Positions 12,200 through 24,995 of a stretch of 64,000 nt of DNA are shown piece after piece. The notes below the pieces were generated by a model. It did not search any database and was not told where the DNA came from. It worked only from the letters and a program-made list of their open reading frames with translations. A program made the translations under genes and the position numbers. The stretch lies in contig OX597831.1 in NCBI GenBank assembly GCA_951406725.2, positions 46,934,001 through 46,998,000 of the forward strand, given 5' to 3'. This DNA is from Octopus vulgaris. Taxonomy: Eukaryota. Position 1 is the first letter of the stretch. Each line of letters opens with the position of its first letter.

Positions 12200-15100
12200 A
12201 TTTCTACTATAGGCACACGGCCTGAAATTGGAGGGAAGGGGATAATCGATTGCATCAACTCCAGTGTTTTACTGGTACTTAATTTATCAACCCCCAGAAA
12301 GGATGAAAGGCAAAGTCGACCTCGGCGGAATTTGAACTCGGAACGTAAAGACAGACGAAATTTCTTTACTACCCACAAGCGGCTAAATACAGAGGGTGCG
12401 AATAAGAACAGACAAACGGATTAAGTCGATTATATCGACCCCAGTGCGTAACTAGTACTTATTTAATCGACCCCGAAAGGATGAAAGGAAAAGTCGACCT
12501 TGGCGGAATTTGAACTCAGAACGTAACGGCAGACGAAATACCTATTTTTTTACTACCCACAAGGGGCTAAACATAGAGTGAACAGACAAGGACAGACAAA
12601 TGGATTAAGACGATTACATCGACGCCAGTGTGTAACTGGTACTTAATTTATCTACCCCCAGAAAGGATGAAAGGCAAAGTCGACCTCGGCGGAATTTTAA
12701 ACTCAGAACCTAGTGGCAGACGAATTACCTATTTCTTTACTACCCACAAGGGGCTAAACATAGAGGGGACAAACAAGGTCAGACAAACAGATTAAGACGA
12801 TTACATCGATCCCAGTGCGTAACTGGTACTTATTTAATCGACCCCGAAAGGATGAAAGGCAAAGTCGACCTCGGCGGAATTTGAACTCAGAACGTAACGG
12901 CAGACGAAATATTTATTTCCTTACTACCCACAAGGGCTAAACACAGAGAGGACAAATAAGGACAGACAAACGGATTAATTCGATTATATCGACCCCAGTG
13001 CGTAACTGGTACTTATTTAATCGACCCCGAAAGGATGAAAGGAAAAGTCGGCCTTGGCGGAATTTGAACTCAGAACGTAGCGGCAGATGAAATACCTATT
13101 TCTTTACTGCCCACAAGGGGCTACACACAGAGGGGACAGACAAGGACAGACAAAGGGATTAAGTCGATTACATCGACCCCAGTGCGTAACTGGTACTTAT
13201 TTAATCGACCCCGAAAGGATGAAAGGCAAATTCGACCTCAGCGGAATTTGAACTCAGAACGTAACGGCAGACGAAATACCTATTTCTTTACTACCCACAA
13301 GGGGCTAAACATAGAAGGGACAAACAAGGTCAGACAAACGGATTAAGACGATTACATCGATCCCAGTGCGTAACTGGTACTTATTTAATCGACCCCAAAA
13401 GGATGAAAGGCAAAGTAACCTTGGCGGAATTTGAACTCAGAACGTAGCGGCAGACGAAATATCTATTTCTTTACTACCCACAAGGGACTAAACACAGAGC
13501 AGAGAGGACAAATAAGGACAGACAAACGGATTAATTCGATTATATCGACCCAGTGCGTAACTGGTACTTATTTAATCGACCCCGAAAGGATGAAAGGAGA
13601 AGTCGACCTTGGCGGAATTTAAACTCAGAACGTAGCGGCAGACGAAATATCTATTTCTTTACTACCCACAAGGGGATACACACAGAGGGGACAGACAAGG
13701 ACAGACAAAGGGATTAAGTCGATTACATCGACGCCAGTGCGTAACTGGTACTTAATTTATCGACCCCGAAAGGATGAAAGGAAAAGTCGACCTTGGCGGA
13801 ATTTGAACTCAGAACGTAACGGCAGACGAAATACCTATTTTTTTACTACCCACAAGGGGCTAAACATAGAGTGAACAAACAAGGACAGACAAAAGGATTA
13901 AGACAATTACATCGACGTCAGTGTGTAACTGGTACTTAATTTATCTACCCCCAGAAAGGATGAAAGGCAAAGTCGACCTCGGCGGAATTTAAACTCAGAA
14001 CCTAGTGGCAGACGAATTACCTATTTCTTTACTACCCACAAGGGGCTAAACATAGAGGGGACAAACAAGGTCAGACAAACAGATTAAGACGATTACATCG
14101 ATCCCAGTGCGTAACTGGTACTTATTTAATCGACCCCGAAAGGATGAAAGGCAAAGTCGACCTCGGCGGAATTTGAACTCAGAACGTAACGGCAGACGAA
14201 ATATTTATTTCCTTACTACCCACAAGGGCTAAACACAGAGAGGACAAATAAGGACAGACAAACGGATTAATTCGATTATATCGACCCCAGTGCGTAACTG
14301 GTACTTATTTAATCGACCCCGAAAGGATGAAAGGAAAAGTCGACCTTGGCGGAATTTGAACTCAGAACGTAGCGGCAGATGAAATACCTATTTCTTTACT
14401 GCCCACAAGGGGCTACACACAGAGGGGACAGACAAGGACAGACAAAGGGATTAAGTCGATTACATCGACCCCAGTGCGTAACTGGTACTTATTTAATCGA
14501 CCCCGAAAGGATGAAAGGCAAATTCGACCTCAGCGGAATTTGAACTCAGAACGTAACGGCAGACGAAATACCTATTTCTTTACTACCCACAAGGGGCTAA
14601 ACATAGAAGGGACAAACAAGGTCAGACAAACGGATTAAGACGATTACATCGATCCCAGTGCGTAACTGGTACTTATTTAATCGACCCCAAAAGGATGAAA
14701 GGCAAAGTCGACCTTGGCGGAATTTGAACTCAGAACGTAGCGGCAGACGAAATATCTATTTCTTTACTACCCACAAGGGGCTAAACATAGAGCAGAGAGG
14801 ACAAATAAGGACAGACAAACGGATTAATTCGATTATATCGACCCAGTGCGTAACTGGTACTTATTTAATCGACCCCGAAAGGATGAAAGGAAAAGTCGAC
14901 CTTGGCGGAATTTAAACTCAGAACGTAGCGGCAGACGAAATATCTATTTCTTTACTACCCACAAGGGGATACACACAGAGGGGACAGACAAGGACAGACA
15001 AAGGGATTAATTCGATTACATCGACGCCAGTGCGGAACTGGTACTTAATTTATCGACCCCGAAAGGATGAAAGGCAAAGTCGACCTCGACGGAATTTAAA

Positions 15101-15357
15101 CTCAGAACGTAGCGGCAGACGAAATACCTATTTCTTTACTACCCACAAGGGGCTACACCGAGGGGACAGACAAGGACAGACAAACAGATTAAGTCGATTA
15201 CATCGACGCCAGTGCGTAACTGGTACTTAATTTATCGACCCCGAAAGGATAAAAGGCAAAGTCGACCTCGGCGGAATTTGAACTCAGAACGTAACGGCAG
15301 CCGAAATACTGCTAAGCATTCCGGCTGGCGTGCTAACGATTCTGCCAGCTCGCCGCC
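12200..15357 (-). repeat. Tandem concatemer of SINE family B bodies (17 x about 185 bp) with one head and one tail
   Basis: 17 recurrences of the ggatgaaagg..aagtcgacct motif; single tRNA head ggcggcgagctggcagaa at 15357; distinct tail at about 12200. Confidence 0.92.
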
Positions 15358-16562
15358 TAACAATTCTGCCAGATCGAGTGGAGTACGACTACAAGCCTAT
15401 GGGGGAGGAGTACAGACAAATCAATGGAACCTGAGACATAAGTGGAAATTATTTATCGACCCCTATAGGGAATTATAAACTAGAAACAGAGTTCACTCCT
15501 TAGAAGAATTTGAACTTATACCTGTGAAGGAACGAAGGAGATAGCATAAAGTAAACTTTTATTAACGCTTTGCTTTCTTCTCTTTTGTGAATTCTGCTCT
15601 AACTTTCACCTATAGCTAAAAATAAAAATTGAGGTAATCTATTCGTCATGGATATATGTCTTTATATAAATGATTCAAATATAATCTTGAATCAACAGGC
15701 AGATATCTTCAACTGTCAAACAGAACTTCCATTCAATGAGAACAAATTTATCTGGCCAAACTTCATTCGGATGCATCAGAGTCCGCTCAAAGTAAGATTT
15801 CTAAATTCCCTGTTGTCTCTACGAACCACTCTCGTCACTGCAGGTTTCTGCATATTTCTCGTGTCTCACCTAAATATTTATAAATTGATCAGATGTTTCT
15901 AGACTAGATAAGAACAGGAACTTAGTACTGCCTGATCGACTCACATGTGAGGATTAGTGTCACGAGATAAAGTATGATTTAATAATCACTTACGGCGCAC
16001 GGCGACGTCACGGGCACTTGAACTTTATGTCAATTAACCAACCAGGAAGAATAGTTCCCAAAATATATCACATAGAAGAAAAATTGTTTCTTTCTCTCTC
16101 TCACACACACACACACATCACGCATATATGCATACATACACGTATATTCATACATGTATGCGTTGTGTATGTATGTATATGTTGTTTTACAGGCCTGGCC
16201 AAAACTTCGAAGTCACTTTCAACAACATTCTTGTTTAAGGATAATAAATATATACGAATATATGGGGTGCTTAAAAGTTCCTGGCTTTAAAAGTGTTGCG
16301 AAAGGCCTAGTTGGAGGCCAGACCTTCCGAGTTGCTTTACAGGAATCTTGAGCAAGTGTCTTCTACTATAGCGTCGGATCGATCAAAGCTTTGTGTGTGT
16401 GGATTTGGCAGGTGGAAACTGAAAGAGGCCCGTCCTATCTCTCTATACCAGTTATACACTGGGGTCGATGTAATCGACTTAATCCGTTTGTCTGTCCTTG
16501 TTTGTCCCCTCTGTGTTTAACCCCCTGTGGGCAATAAAGAAATATATCTATCTATCTATCTA

Positions 16563-16596
<34 letters not shown>

Positions 16597-16659
16597 AATA
16601 TACATATGTATGTATATATCTATGTGTGTTTATCATTGTTTGTGTTAGTTCCCTCATCA

Positions 16660-16775
16660 CAGAAGAAGAAGAAGAAGAAGAAGAAGAAGAAGAAGAAGAA
16701 GAAGAAAAAGAAGAAGAAGAAGAAGAAGAAGAAGAAGAAGAAGAAGAAGAAGAAGAAGAAGAAGAAGAAGAAGAA
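16660..16775. repeat. (GAA)n microsatellite
   Basis: Read directly; source of the poly-K/poly-E/poly-L ORFs. Confidence 0.98.
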
Positions 16776-17392
16776 AGGAAACACAGTGAGAGAGAGAGAG
16801 AGAAAAAAACGGAGAGTAAGTGAGAGAGAAAGGAAGGGAGCGAGAAAGATATTTTAATATTAAATTATTCCTTTTCTGCATGTCTTCTCGGTGATAACTA
16901 TGTCGTTAAATTCGCATACCAGACTGCAGCTGTTCAAATTTTATTACAAGAATTGTGAAATTAGCGCAGCATCACTAACAGCCTCCACCAATATTATTAA
17001 TAAGCTTCACACAGATCCATTAAGTACACATCAAATGGCATGTATGGTGCAGAAACCTGATTATATCGATAATTTGTGGTAAAAAATAACACACCAATTT
17101 TAAGAAATTAGTTTGGTAGAAATGAAACAAATAGCAAAAAATGGTGTCTTGATTTGTAGAAAAATGGGCGACATTTTGAATATTTGCTATAATTACACAA
17201 TACTTGAATGCCTGCATGTCTCCTGTTAAAGATTCTCTATTTTTGGTGTTTGAAATAATAGTTTTCTTCAGCATACAATTAGAGCTAACACTATATGTAC
17301 ATGTATATATATGTGTATATGTACATGTATATATATGTGTGTATGTATATATATATATGTATATGTATATGTATATATATATTTGTGTGCGT

Positions 17393-17645
17393 GTGGAGGC
17401 GCGTGGCTCAGTGGTTAGGGTGTTGAACTCATGATCCTAAGGTTGTGGTTTCGATTCCTGGACCGGGCGATACGTTGTGTTCTTGTGCAAAACACTTCAT
17501 TTCACGTTGCTCCAGTCCACTCAGCTGGCAAAAATGAATAATCCTGCGACGGACCGGCGTCCCGTCCAGGTGGGGAATTTTTATGCCACTGAAAACGGGA
17601 AACCGGCCCCTATGTGCCTGGCATGACTCCAGAAGGAACATTTAT
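17393..17645 (+). mobile_element. tRNA-derived SINE family C
   Basis: ggcgcgtggctcagtggttagg...ggtttcgattcc head, then ttgagcaaaacacttcatttcac body; copies at 18283, 45546 and 57561. Confidence 0.85.
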
Positions 17646-17651
17646 TTTATT

Positions 17652-17710
<59 letters not shown>

Positions 17711-17775
17711 TGTATGTATATTTTTTATTGTACACACGCGCGCACATACATACATACATACATGCATACATACAT

Positions 17776-17817
<42 letters not shown>

Positions 17818-18206
17818 CTGTAGGGTTCATTAGATCTAACATTATGTGTATGTGGTGTTTTCCGTCGCGTGACGACGAGGATTCAGTTGTTCAATCGCTT
17901 GAATTACTCGCTCAGGAGTAAAGTTAACACGTAACTTTAACTTAATTCTCAACCCTAATCAGAATGTACATTGTTGTACTGTTTGAATTACGGGTTCGAA
18001 CCACACGACAAGCTTGTACATGATTTTCATCTACCTAATTTTATTGATACAGTATGGTCAACCTCAACAATCTGATGTGGCAATGTTCCTACAGCTGGAT
18101 GCCCTTCCTAACGCTAGCCACTCCGAGAAGGTAGTGGGTGCTTTTTACGTGCCACCAGTACGAGAGCCAGTCAGGGGACACTGGATCGACCACTTTAGGA
18201 TGGTGC

Positions 18207-18252
<46 letters not shown>

Positions 18253-18282
18253 TACACACATATATATATATATATCGTGGAT

Positions 18283-18520
18283 GAGTGTGGCTTAGTGGTT
18301 AGGGTGTCAACAGCATGATCTTAAGATTGTGGTTTCGATTCCTGGACCGGGCGACGCGTTGTGTTCTTGAGCAAAACACTTCATTTCACATTGCTCCAGT
18401 CCACTCAGCTGGCAAAAACGAGTAACGCTGTGATGGAGTGGCGTCCCGTCCAGGTGGGGAACACATACGCCATAGAAACCGGGAAACCGAGCCCATGAGC
18501 CTGGGTAGGCTTTAAAAGGG

Positions 18521-18522
<2 letters not shown>
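18283..18522 (+). mobile_element. SINE family C
   Basis: Matches the 17393 copy. Confidence 0.85.
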
Positions 18523-18593
<71 letters not shown>

Positions 18594-19102
18594 AGAGAGA
18601 GAGAGAGAGAGAACAATAAACACCATACCGTGAGCGAAGTAGTTATGGCAGTGCAAAAGAAACAAAATCAGTCCCAATTTTTTTCATTTTTATTCTTTTA
18701 ACGGCTTGCCCCACCCAATCATTCGGAAAGGTGTGGTAAAAAATTTTTGAAAATTTTCCCGTCAAACGTATGTGGCTGTGCTATTCCGTAGTTCCCCAAA
18801 GGCATTTTATTATGAAAACTTTCTTTATTGGCCACTCAAGGCTGAACGCAGCGGGGACAAATACAAATGTAGAGCTTTTTCTTCGGAAAATGAAAAAAGG
18901 GGGAAAATAAGAAAGAAAAATTCCGATCAAAAGGGATCGGGGGAAAAAAACAGCAAGAAAAACGATCAAAAGGGATCGTATATCACAGAAAAGTTTTTAA
19001 AATGTAAAAAGTAAGATTAGGCTTATCCGTGGAAAGAAAAGCCTACGGAAAAGACCACGGTAACCTCAGGCAGGGAGGGAATAAATACATGAGAGGAAAG
19101 TG

Positions 19103-19147
<45 letters not shown>

Positions 19148-19264
19148 TCCCCCTCTCTCTCTCTCTCTCCCTCTCCCCCTCCCTTTCTCTCTCTCTCTCT
19201 CTCTTCGATTTACAGGATCATGCTCAAAGTTGTTTTGTCATTCGCACGCACCATCTTTGCTACA

Positions 19265-20227
19265 TTCACCCACCTTTTTTGAAACTTTCACGAGACAAAA
19301 CCTGCCTTTCCATTCTCACCTTCCTTTTCAAGTGGTACTTGAAAACGTTGACGAGCAATTGGCCTGGGAGGTAGGTGTTTGTCTCTAATCCTTTCGCTCG
19401 AGTCCACCACACACATTCTTTCACCATGGCCACCAGTACGCTGAAGACTGCTTTGCCTTCCCGGTTGAGGGAAGGTGGCGGAGCAATTGTCATAATAGAC
19501 TCGGCCGACAGGCAGACTCGTCCCACACGTGACAGCAGCCGTTCGGCATAAGCCCACAGGTCCGAAATGGTTGGACACTGCACGAGTGCGTGCAGAACGG
19601 TTTCATCGCTCTGACCGCATCTCGGGCAAGTCGGTCCGGCATTTCTCGAACCGTGCCTGTAGAGCTTATCCCAAACGGGTAATGCTTCTCGATAGCACTG
19701 TCAAGCCAGGGATCTTTGATGATTGACCATAGGTCCCGGCCCGAAAGTTTTCCTGAACAGGCGGGTCAGGTGTCCCTCTTCGACGCCCGGATTCTGCCCG
19801 AGAACGTCGTCGCACCTCCCCTCCACTAATTCTCTATAGAACGCCTTTGTTGTAATGAAGTCGCACAAGTTTGGTCCCGGACGGCAGAGTTGCTTGAGAG
19901 CAACGTGACACACGCGGTGCCATTCGCTTAGCCTCGGTCTCTGTTTGATCTACGACTGCGGTTCAGCTAAGGAGACGAGCTGCGAGAAAGCACGCCACAC
20001 AAACAGCGACCACACCTGTTCACCGTTGTCTATGAAGCGCCGGAGATGTCGCAGTCTCAGCGCATGCCTGCGCATCATCAACCATGGCATGCCTAGCCCT
20101 CCATTTAGCAGGTGTTGACAGCAAATGGATCGCCCAACCATCGGAACGCTCCCTTCCACATGAAGCGGAAGAGTAAGCGTTCTAGTTTGGTGATGGTAGG
20201 GTCGGGACAAGGCACGACGGTCAGACG

Positions 20228-20228
<1 letters not shown>
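19265..20228 (-). mobile_element. L1/Tx1-clade LINE ORF2 3' fragment (frameshifted); 3' UTR probably extends to about 18612
   Basis: NGGLGMP motif and the C-terminal zinc-knuckle region ending CPTISDLW...VKECVWWTR, typical of L1/Tx1 ORF2. Confidence 0.8.
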
Positions 20229-20300
<72 letters not shown>

Positions 20301-20606
20301 CTGCCGTAAATCCTGTGACGATTAACGGGTTATATTTTTGTTTCATTTTAATATTGCTGTATTTTGTTTGCGGCAGGAAACCTTATGTTTTTTCCTTTTA
20401 TGTTTTATTCTTTACCTTCTTATGTTTTATTTTTTCTATTATTTTTAATCGTTTTGCCTCGATCCTACTGCTTCTTGTATTTTTTTTTTAGTTCTTTATT
20501 TTGTAAAACGACTTCCACTTCACAATTCATAGGACATTGACTTCTTTCGATAAATTTTGGCTACTTTTCCTGGATCAAAGTTGAACGGTTTCTGTCTTAA
20601 ATAACG

Positions 20607-20643
<37 letters not shown>

Positions 20644-20653
20644 CCTACCCGAC

Positions 20654-20707
<54 letters not shown>

Positions 20708-20757
20708 CATTGGGATGTTCTAGCTTTACGTATATATATATATATATTATATATATA

Positions 20758-21095
20758 TGGCGCATGGCTCAGTGGTTAGAGCGTCGAGCTTACGATCGTG
20801 AGGTTGTGAGCTCGAATCCCGGACGGGGCTGCGTGTTGTGTTCTTGAGCAAGGCACTTTATTTCACGTTGCTCCAGTTCACTCAGCTGTAGAAATGAGTT
20901 GCGACGTCACAGGTGCCAAGCTGTATCGGCCCTTGCCTTTCCCTTGGACAACATCGGTGACGTGGAGAGGGGAGGCCGGTATGCATGGGCGACTGCTGGT
21001 CTTCCATAAAACAACCTTGCCCAGACTTGTGCCTCAGAGGGTATCTCTCTAGGTGCAAACCCATGGTCAGTGCCTGACCGATGGGGATCTTTACC

Positions 21096-21097
<2 letters not shown>
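20758..21097 (+). mobile_element. tRNA-derived SINE (family C-related, longer 3' part)
   Basis: ggcgcatggctcagtggttagagc head, ttgagcaaggcacttt body, tttaccc tail. Confidence 0.8.
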
Positions 21098-21140
<43 letters not shown>

Positions 21141-21415
21141 TAAGAGAGTGGTCACTATATTGCTCACTCTAGCACCAGTTAATCCAAAAGGTTTCAACCA
21201 CGAAAATACATGTTTCCCATGATCTAATTCTCTCACCCTTATTAATTAATTATAATTATGCTGCATTTATTTCTAAATGCTGTATTTGTTTTCCGTGAAA
21301 GTTTGGCGCGCCGTTGGTTGGGGCATTTGAATTATAACGTCGGATGTAATCAATTGAACCACACGCGTATTTATCGTTATGGTAAAATCTGGCGTGTGAT
21401 TGAGTGGATTTCATC

Positions 21416-21510
21416 CAGATAGTCTTGGCTGACGAGCTACAAATGGATTTTTTGTAAGTAATATTACATTTAATTCATTAATAGCGAAACAATTGTCCCA
21501 AAATAATCTG
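21416..21510 (+). ncRNA. Type I hammerhead ribozyme, copy 1 (predicted cleavage after C21497)
   Basis: Stem I UUGG/CCAA (extends to CAGAU/AUCUG), CUGACGA core, stem II GCUA/UAGC, GAAA, stem III AC-AAUU-GU, GUC triplet. Confidence 0.9.
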
Positions 21511-21949
21511 TATTTTTGTTATTTTTTATTTGCCCTGTCCGTGTGAGCTAACAATCGTACTGACTTTCATGGGAAACATGTATTTTCGTGGTTGAAACCT
21601 TTTGGATTAACTGGTGCTAGAGTGAGCAATATAGTGACCACTCTCTTATATTTATTTTGTAAAAATATTATAATATGTTATAAAATATTATAATAATCCA
21701 GGTTTCTCGTAGCACTAGGCCACTTGGTGTTGAATAAATATACTATTAAATTAGTATCTAATTCTCTCACCCTTATTAATTAATTATAATTATGCTGCAT
21801 TTATTTCTAAATGCTGTATTTGTTTTCCGTGAAAGTTTGGCGCGCTGTTGGTTGGGGCATTTGAATTATAACGTCGGATGTAATCAATTGAACCACACGC
21901 GTATTTATCGTTATGGTAAAATCTGGCGTGTGATTGAGTGGATTTCATC

Positions 21950-22044
21950 CAGATAGTCTTGGCTGACGAGCTACAAATGGATTTTTTGTAAGTAATATTA
22001 CATTTAATTCATTAATAGCGAAACAATTGTCCCAAAATAATCTG
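21950..22044 (+). ncRNA. Type I hammerhead ribozyme, copy 2 (cleavage after 22031)
   Basis: Identical to copy 1, +534. Confidence 0.9.
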
Positions 22045-22483
22045 TATTTTTGTTATTTTTTATTTGCCCTGTCCGTGTGAGCTAACAATCGTACTGACTT
22101 TCATGGGAAACATGTATTTTCGTGGTTGAAACCTTTTGGATTAACTGGTGCTAGAGTGAGCAATATAGTGACCACTCTCTTATATTTATTTTGTAAAAAT
22201 ATTATAATATGTTATAAAATATTATAATAATCCAGGTTTCTCGTAGCACTAGGCCACTTGGTGTTGAATAAATATACTATTAAATTAGTATCTAATTCTC
22301 TCACCCTTATTAATTAATTATAATTATGCTGCATTTATTTCTAAATGCTGTATTTGTTTTCCGTGAAAGTTTGGCGCGCTGTTGGTTGGGGCATTTGAAT
22401 TATAACGTCGGATGTAATCAATTGAACCACACGCGTATTTATCGTTATGGTAAAATCTGGCGTGTGATTGAGTGGATTTCATC

Positions 22484-22578
22484 CAGATAGTCTTGGCTGA
22501 CGAGCTACAAATGGATTTTTTGTAAGTAATATTACATTTAATTCATTAATAGCGAAACAATTGTCCCAAAATAATCTG
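22484..22578 (+). ncRNA. Type I hammerhead ribozyme, copy 3 (cleavage after 22565)
   Basis: Identical to copy 1, +1068. Confidence 0.9.
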
Positions 22579-23017
22579 TATTTTTGTTATTTTTTATTTG
22601 CCCTGTCCGTGTGAGCTAACAATCGTACTGACTTTCATGGGAAACATGTATTTTCGTGGTTGAAACCTTTTGGATTAACTGGTGCTAGAGTGAGCAATAT
22701 AGTGACCACTCTCTTATATTTATTTTGTAAAAATATTATAATATGTTATAAAATATTATAATAATCCAGGTTTCTCGTAGCACTAGGCCACTTGGTGTTG
22801 AATAAATATACTATTAAATTAGTATCTAATTCTCTCACCCTTATTAATTAATTATAATTATGCTGCATTTATTTCTAAATGCTGTATTTGTTTTCCGTGA
22901 AAGTTTGGCGCGCTGTTGGTTGGGGCATTTGAATTATAACGTCGGATGTAATCAATTGAACCACACGCGTATTTATCGTTATGGTAAAATCTGGCGTGTG
23001 ATTGAGTGGATTTCATC

Positions 23018-23112
23018 CAGATAGTCTTGGCTGACGAGCTACAAATGGATTTTTTGTAAGTAATATTACATTTAATTCATTAATAGCGAAACAATTGTCC
23101 CAAAATAATCTG
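23018..23112 (+). ncRNA. Type I hammerhead ribozyme, copy 4 (cleavage after 23099)
   Basis: Identical to copy 1, +1602. Confidence 0.9.
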
Positions 23113-23406
23113 TATTTTTGTTATTTTTTATTTGCCCTGTCCGTGTGAGCTAACAATCGTACTGACTTTCATGGGAAACATGTATTTTCGTGGTTGAAAC
23201 CTTTTGGATTAACTGGTGCTAGAGTGAGCAATATAGTGACCACTCTCTTATATTTATTTTGTAAAAATATTATAATATGTTATAAAATATTATAATAATC
23301 CAGGTTTCTCGTAGCACTAGGCCACTTGGTGTTGAATAAATATACTATTAAATTAGTATCTAATTCTCTCACCCTTATTAATTAATTATATATATATATA
23401 TGTATG

Positions 23407-23438
<32 letters not shown>

Positions 23439-24432
23439 CATTTTATTTTATTTTATTTATTGATTGCTTTTTCAAATTGTTAATTTGCAAATATTATACT
23501 AATGTTTTTTTCCTGCAGAATTACATTTCATCAAAAAAATTCCATCCAAAGATGAATGTTTGGAAAGGGTGACAGTACATTTTATATTCTAAAAAGAAAG
23601 AACGAGGGAAAAAGAAGGGGAAAAGGGGAAGAGAGAGAGAAAGCAAATTGACTTTCAGTGATGACCAAACCGCACCTGTTTTTTTTAAGAAGTCACCATC
23701 CTTAAACCCATTCCAATACAATAGTAAATGACTAAATAGATGAATGAATGGTGAATAGGGAGGGGGATATCACCTTCTCTCTCTGTTTCCCTCTACCTAT
23801 CTGTCCATCTGTCTGGCTATCTATCTATCTATCTATCTGTCTGTCTATCTATATATCTATTTAGCAATCTATCTATCTATCTATCAGCCTATCTACCCAC
23901 CTATATTTCTATCTCTCCATCTCCATTGTCATGGAACCTCACCCAAAACAAAAAAAAAACAACCAAAAATAATGTTCTCTTCCAAACAAAACATCTCGCC
24001 CGATTCTTTCTCCCTTTCGCTATCTACTTTCCTTTCCCTACAGTAAACATAATCGAACACACAGATACAGACCTTTCAACTCACAGCTGTCAGTTTTCTG
24101 ACTTCTACCCATCCACAAACACAATCACGCATTCAGACACACACATACACACATTAAGACAGTTATATACCGTCACACACACAGGCACTCATTCACAAAA
24201 GAAATCATTTAAACCCACCATTCTTTTGACCACCTGCACTCTCTCACCTTACTATTCTTATGCCTCCCTCCTCCTACTTCGCTTGAACTCTTGAACCTTT
24301 AGAAACTTCTAGATTCTTCTACATTCAGCCACTTTGACGTCACTCATTATAAAGAGACACTCATTATCGCCATGGGCTCCTTGGGAGCGGTCAGCTAAAA
24401 GTTTTTTGTGCATTTTGATGTCTACATAAGTT

Positions 24433-24527
24433 CCTTGATTTTCCTGATGAGAAATCTGCATAATGTACTTCTTATTCCTTCGGAATTAGGAATATGCAGC
24501 CTTCGAAACATATGTGGAGAATAAAGG
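24433..24527 (+). ncRNA. Type I hammerhead motif with long stem II and a GUG (likely inactive) cleavage triplet
   Basis: ccttgattttc-CTGATGA-GAA..CTGCATA...TATGCAG..TTC-GAAA-CATATG-TG-gagaataaagg. Confidence 0.7.
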
Positions 24528-24567
24528 ATATTTGTTAACTAGTCGTTCAACTCCATTCTTTCATATA

Positions 24568-24568
<1 letters not shown>

Positions 24569-24661
<93 letters not shown>

Positions 24662-24898
24662 TATATACATATATATACATATATATACATATATATACAT
24701 ATATATACATACATATATATACATATATAGACATGCATATATATATACATATATATATATACATACATATATATATATATACATACATATATATATACAT
24801 ATATATATACATATATATATATACATATATATATACATATATACATATATATATATATACATATATATATATACATATATATATACATATATATATAC

Positions 24899-24979
<81 letters not shown>

Positions 24980-24995
24980 AATGTATGTATGTATA
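24569..24995. repeat. (TA)n/(TATACA)n microsatellite
   Basis: Read directly. Confidence 0.97.

Larger units (their letters stand above)
21132..23390 (+). mobile_element. Retrozyme-like non-autonomous element: 91-bp inverted segment + 4 x 534-bp tandem units + 33-bp partial unit, inserted in (TA)n
   Basis: Unit starts at 21222, 21756, 22290, 22824 and 23358; units essentially identical; no long ORF; one hammerhead per unit. Confidence 0.85.

Noticed and set aside
12200-15357. CRISPR-like periodic array
   Set aside because: Whole 185-bp units are homologous with no unique spacers; the context is eukaryotic SINE DNA with no cas genes.
21222-23390. Viroid-like ambisense ribozyme pair or a coding ORF in the 534-bp unit
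   Set aside because: I found no CUGANGA/GAAA core on the minus strand and no ORF of 60 aa or more within a unit. Other ribozyme classes cannot be excluded by eye.
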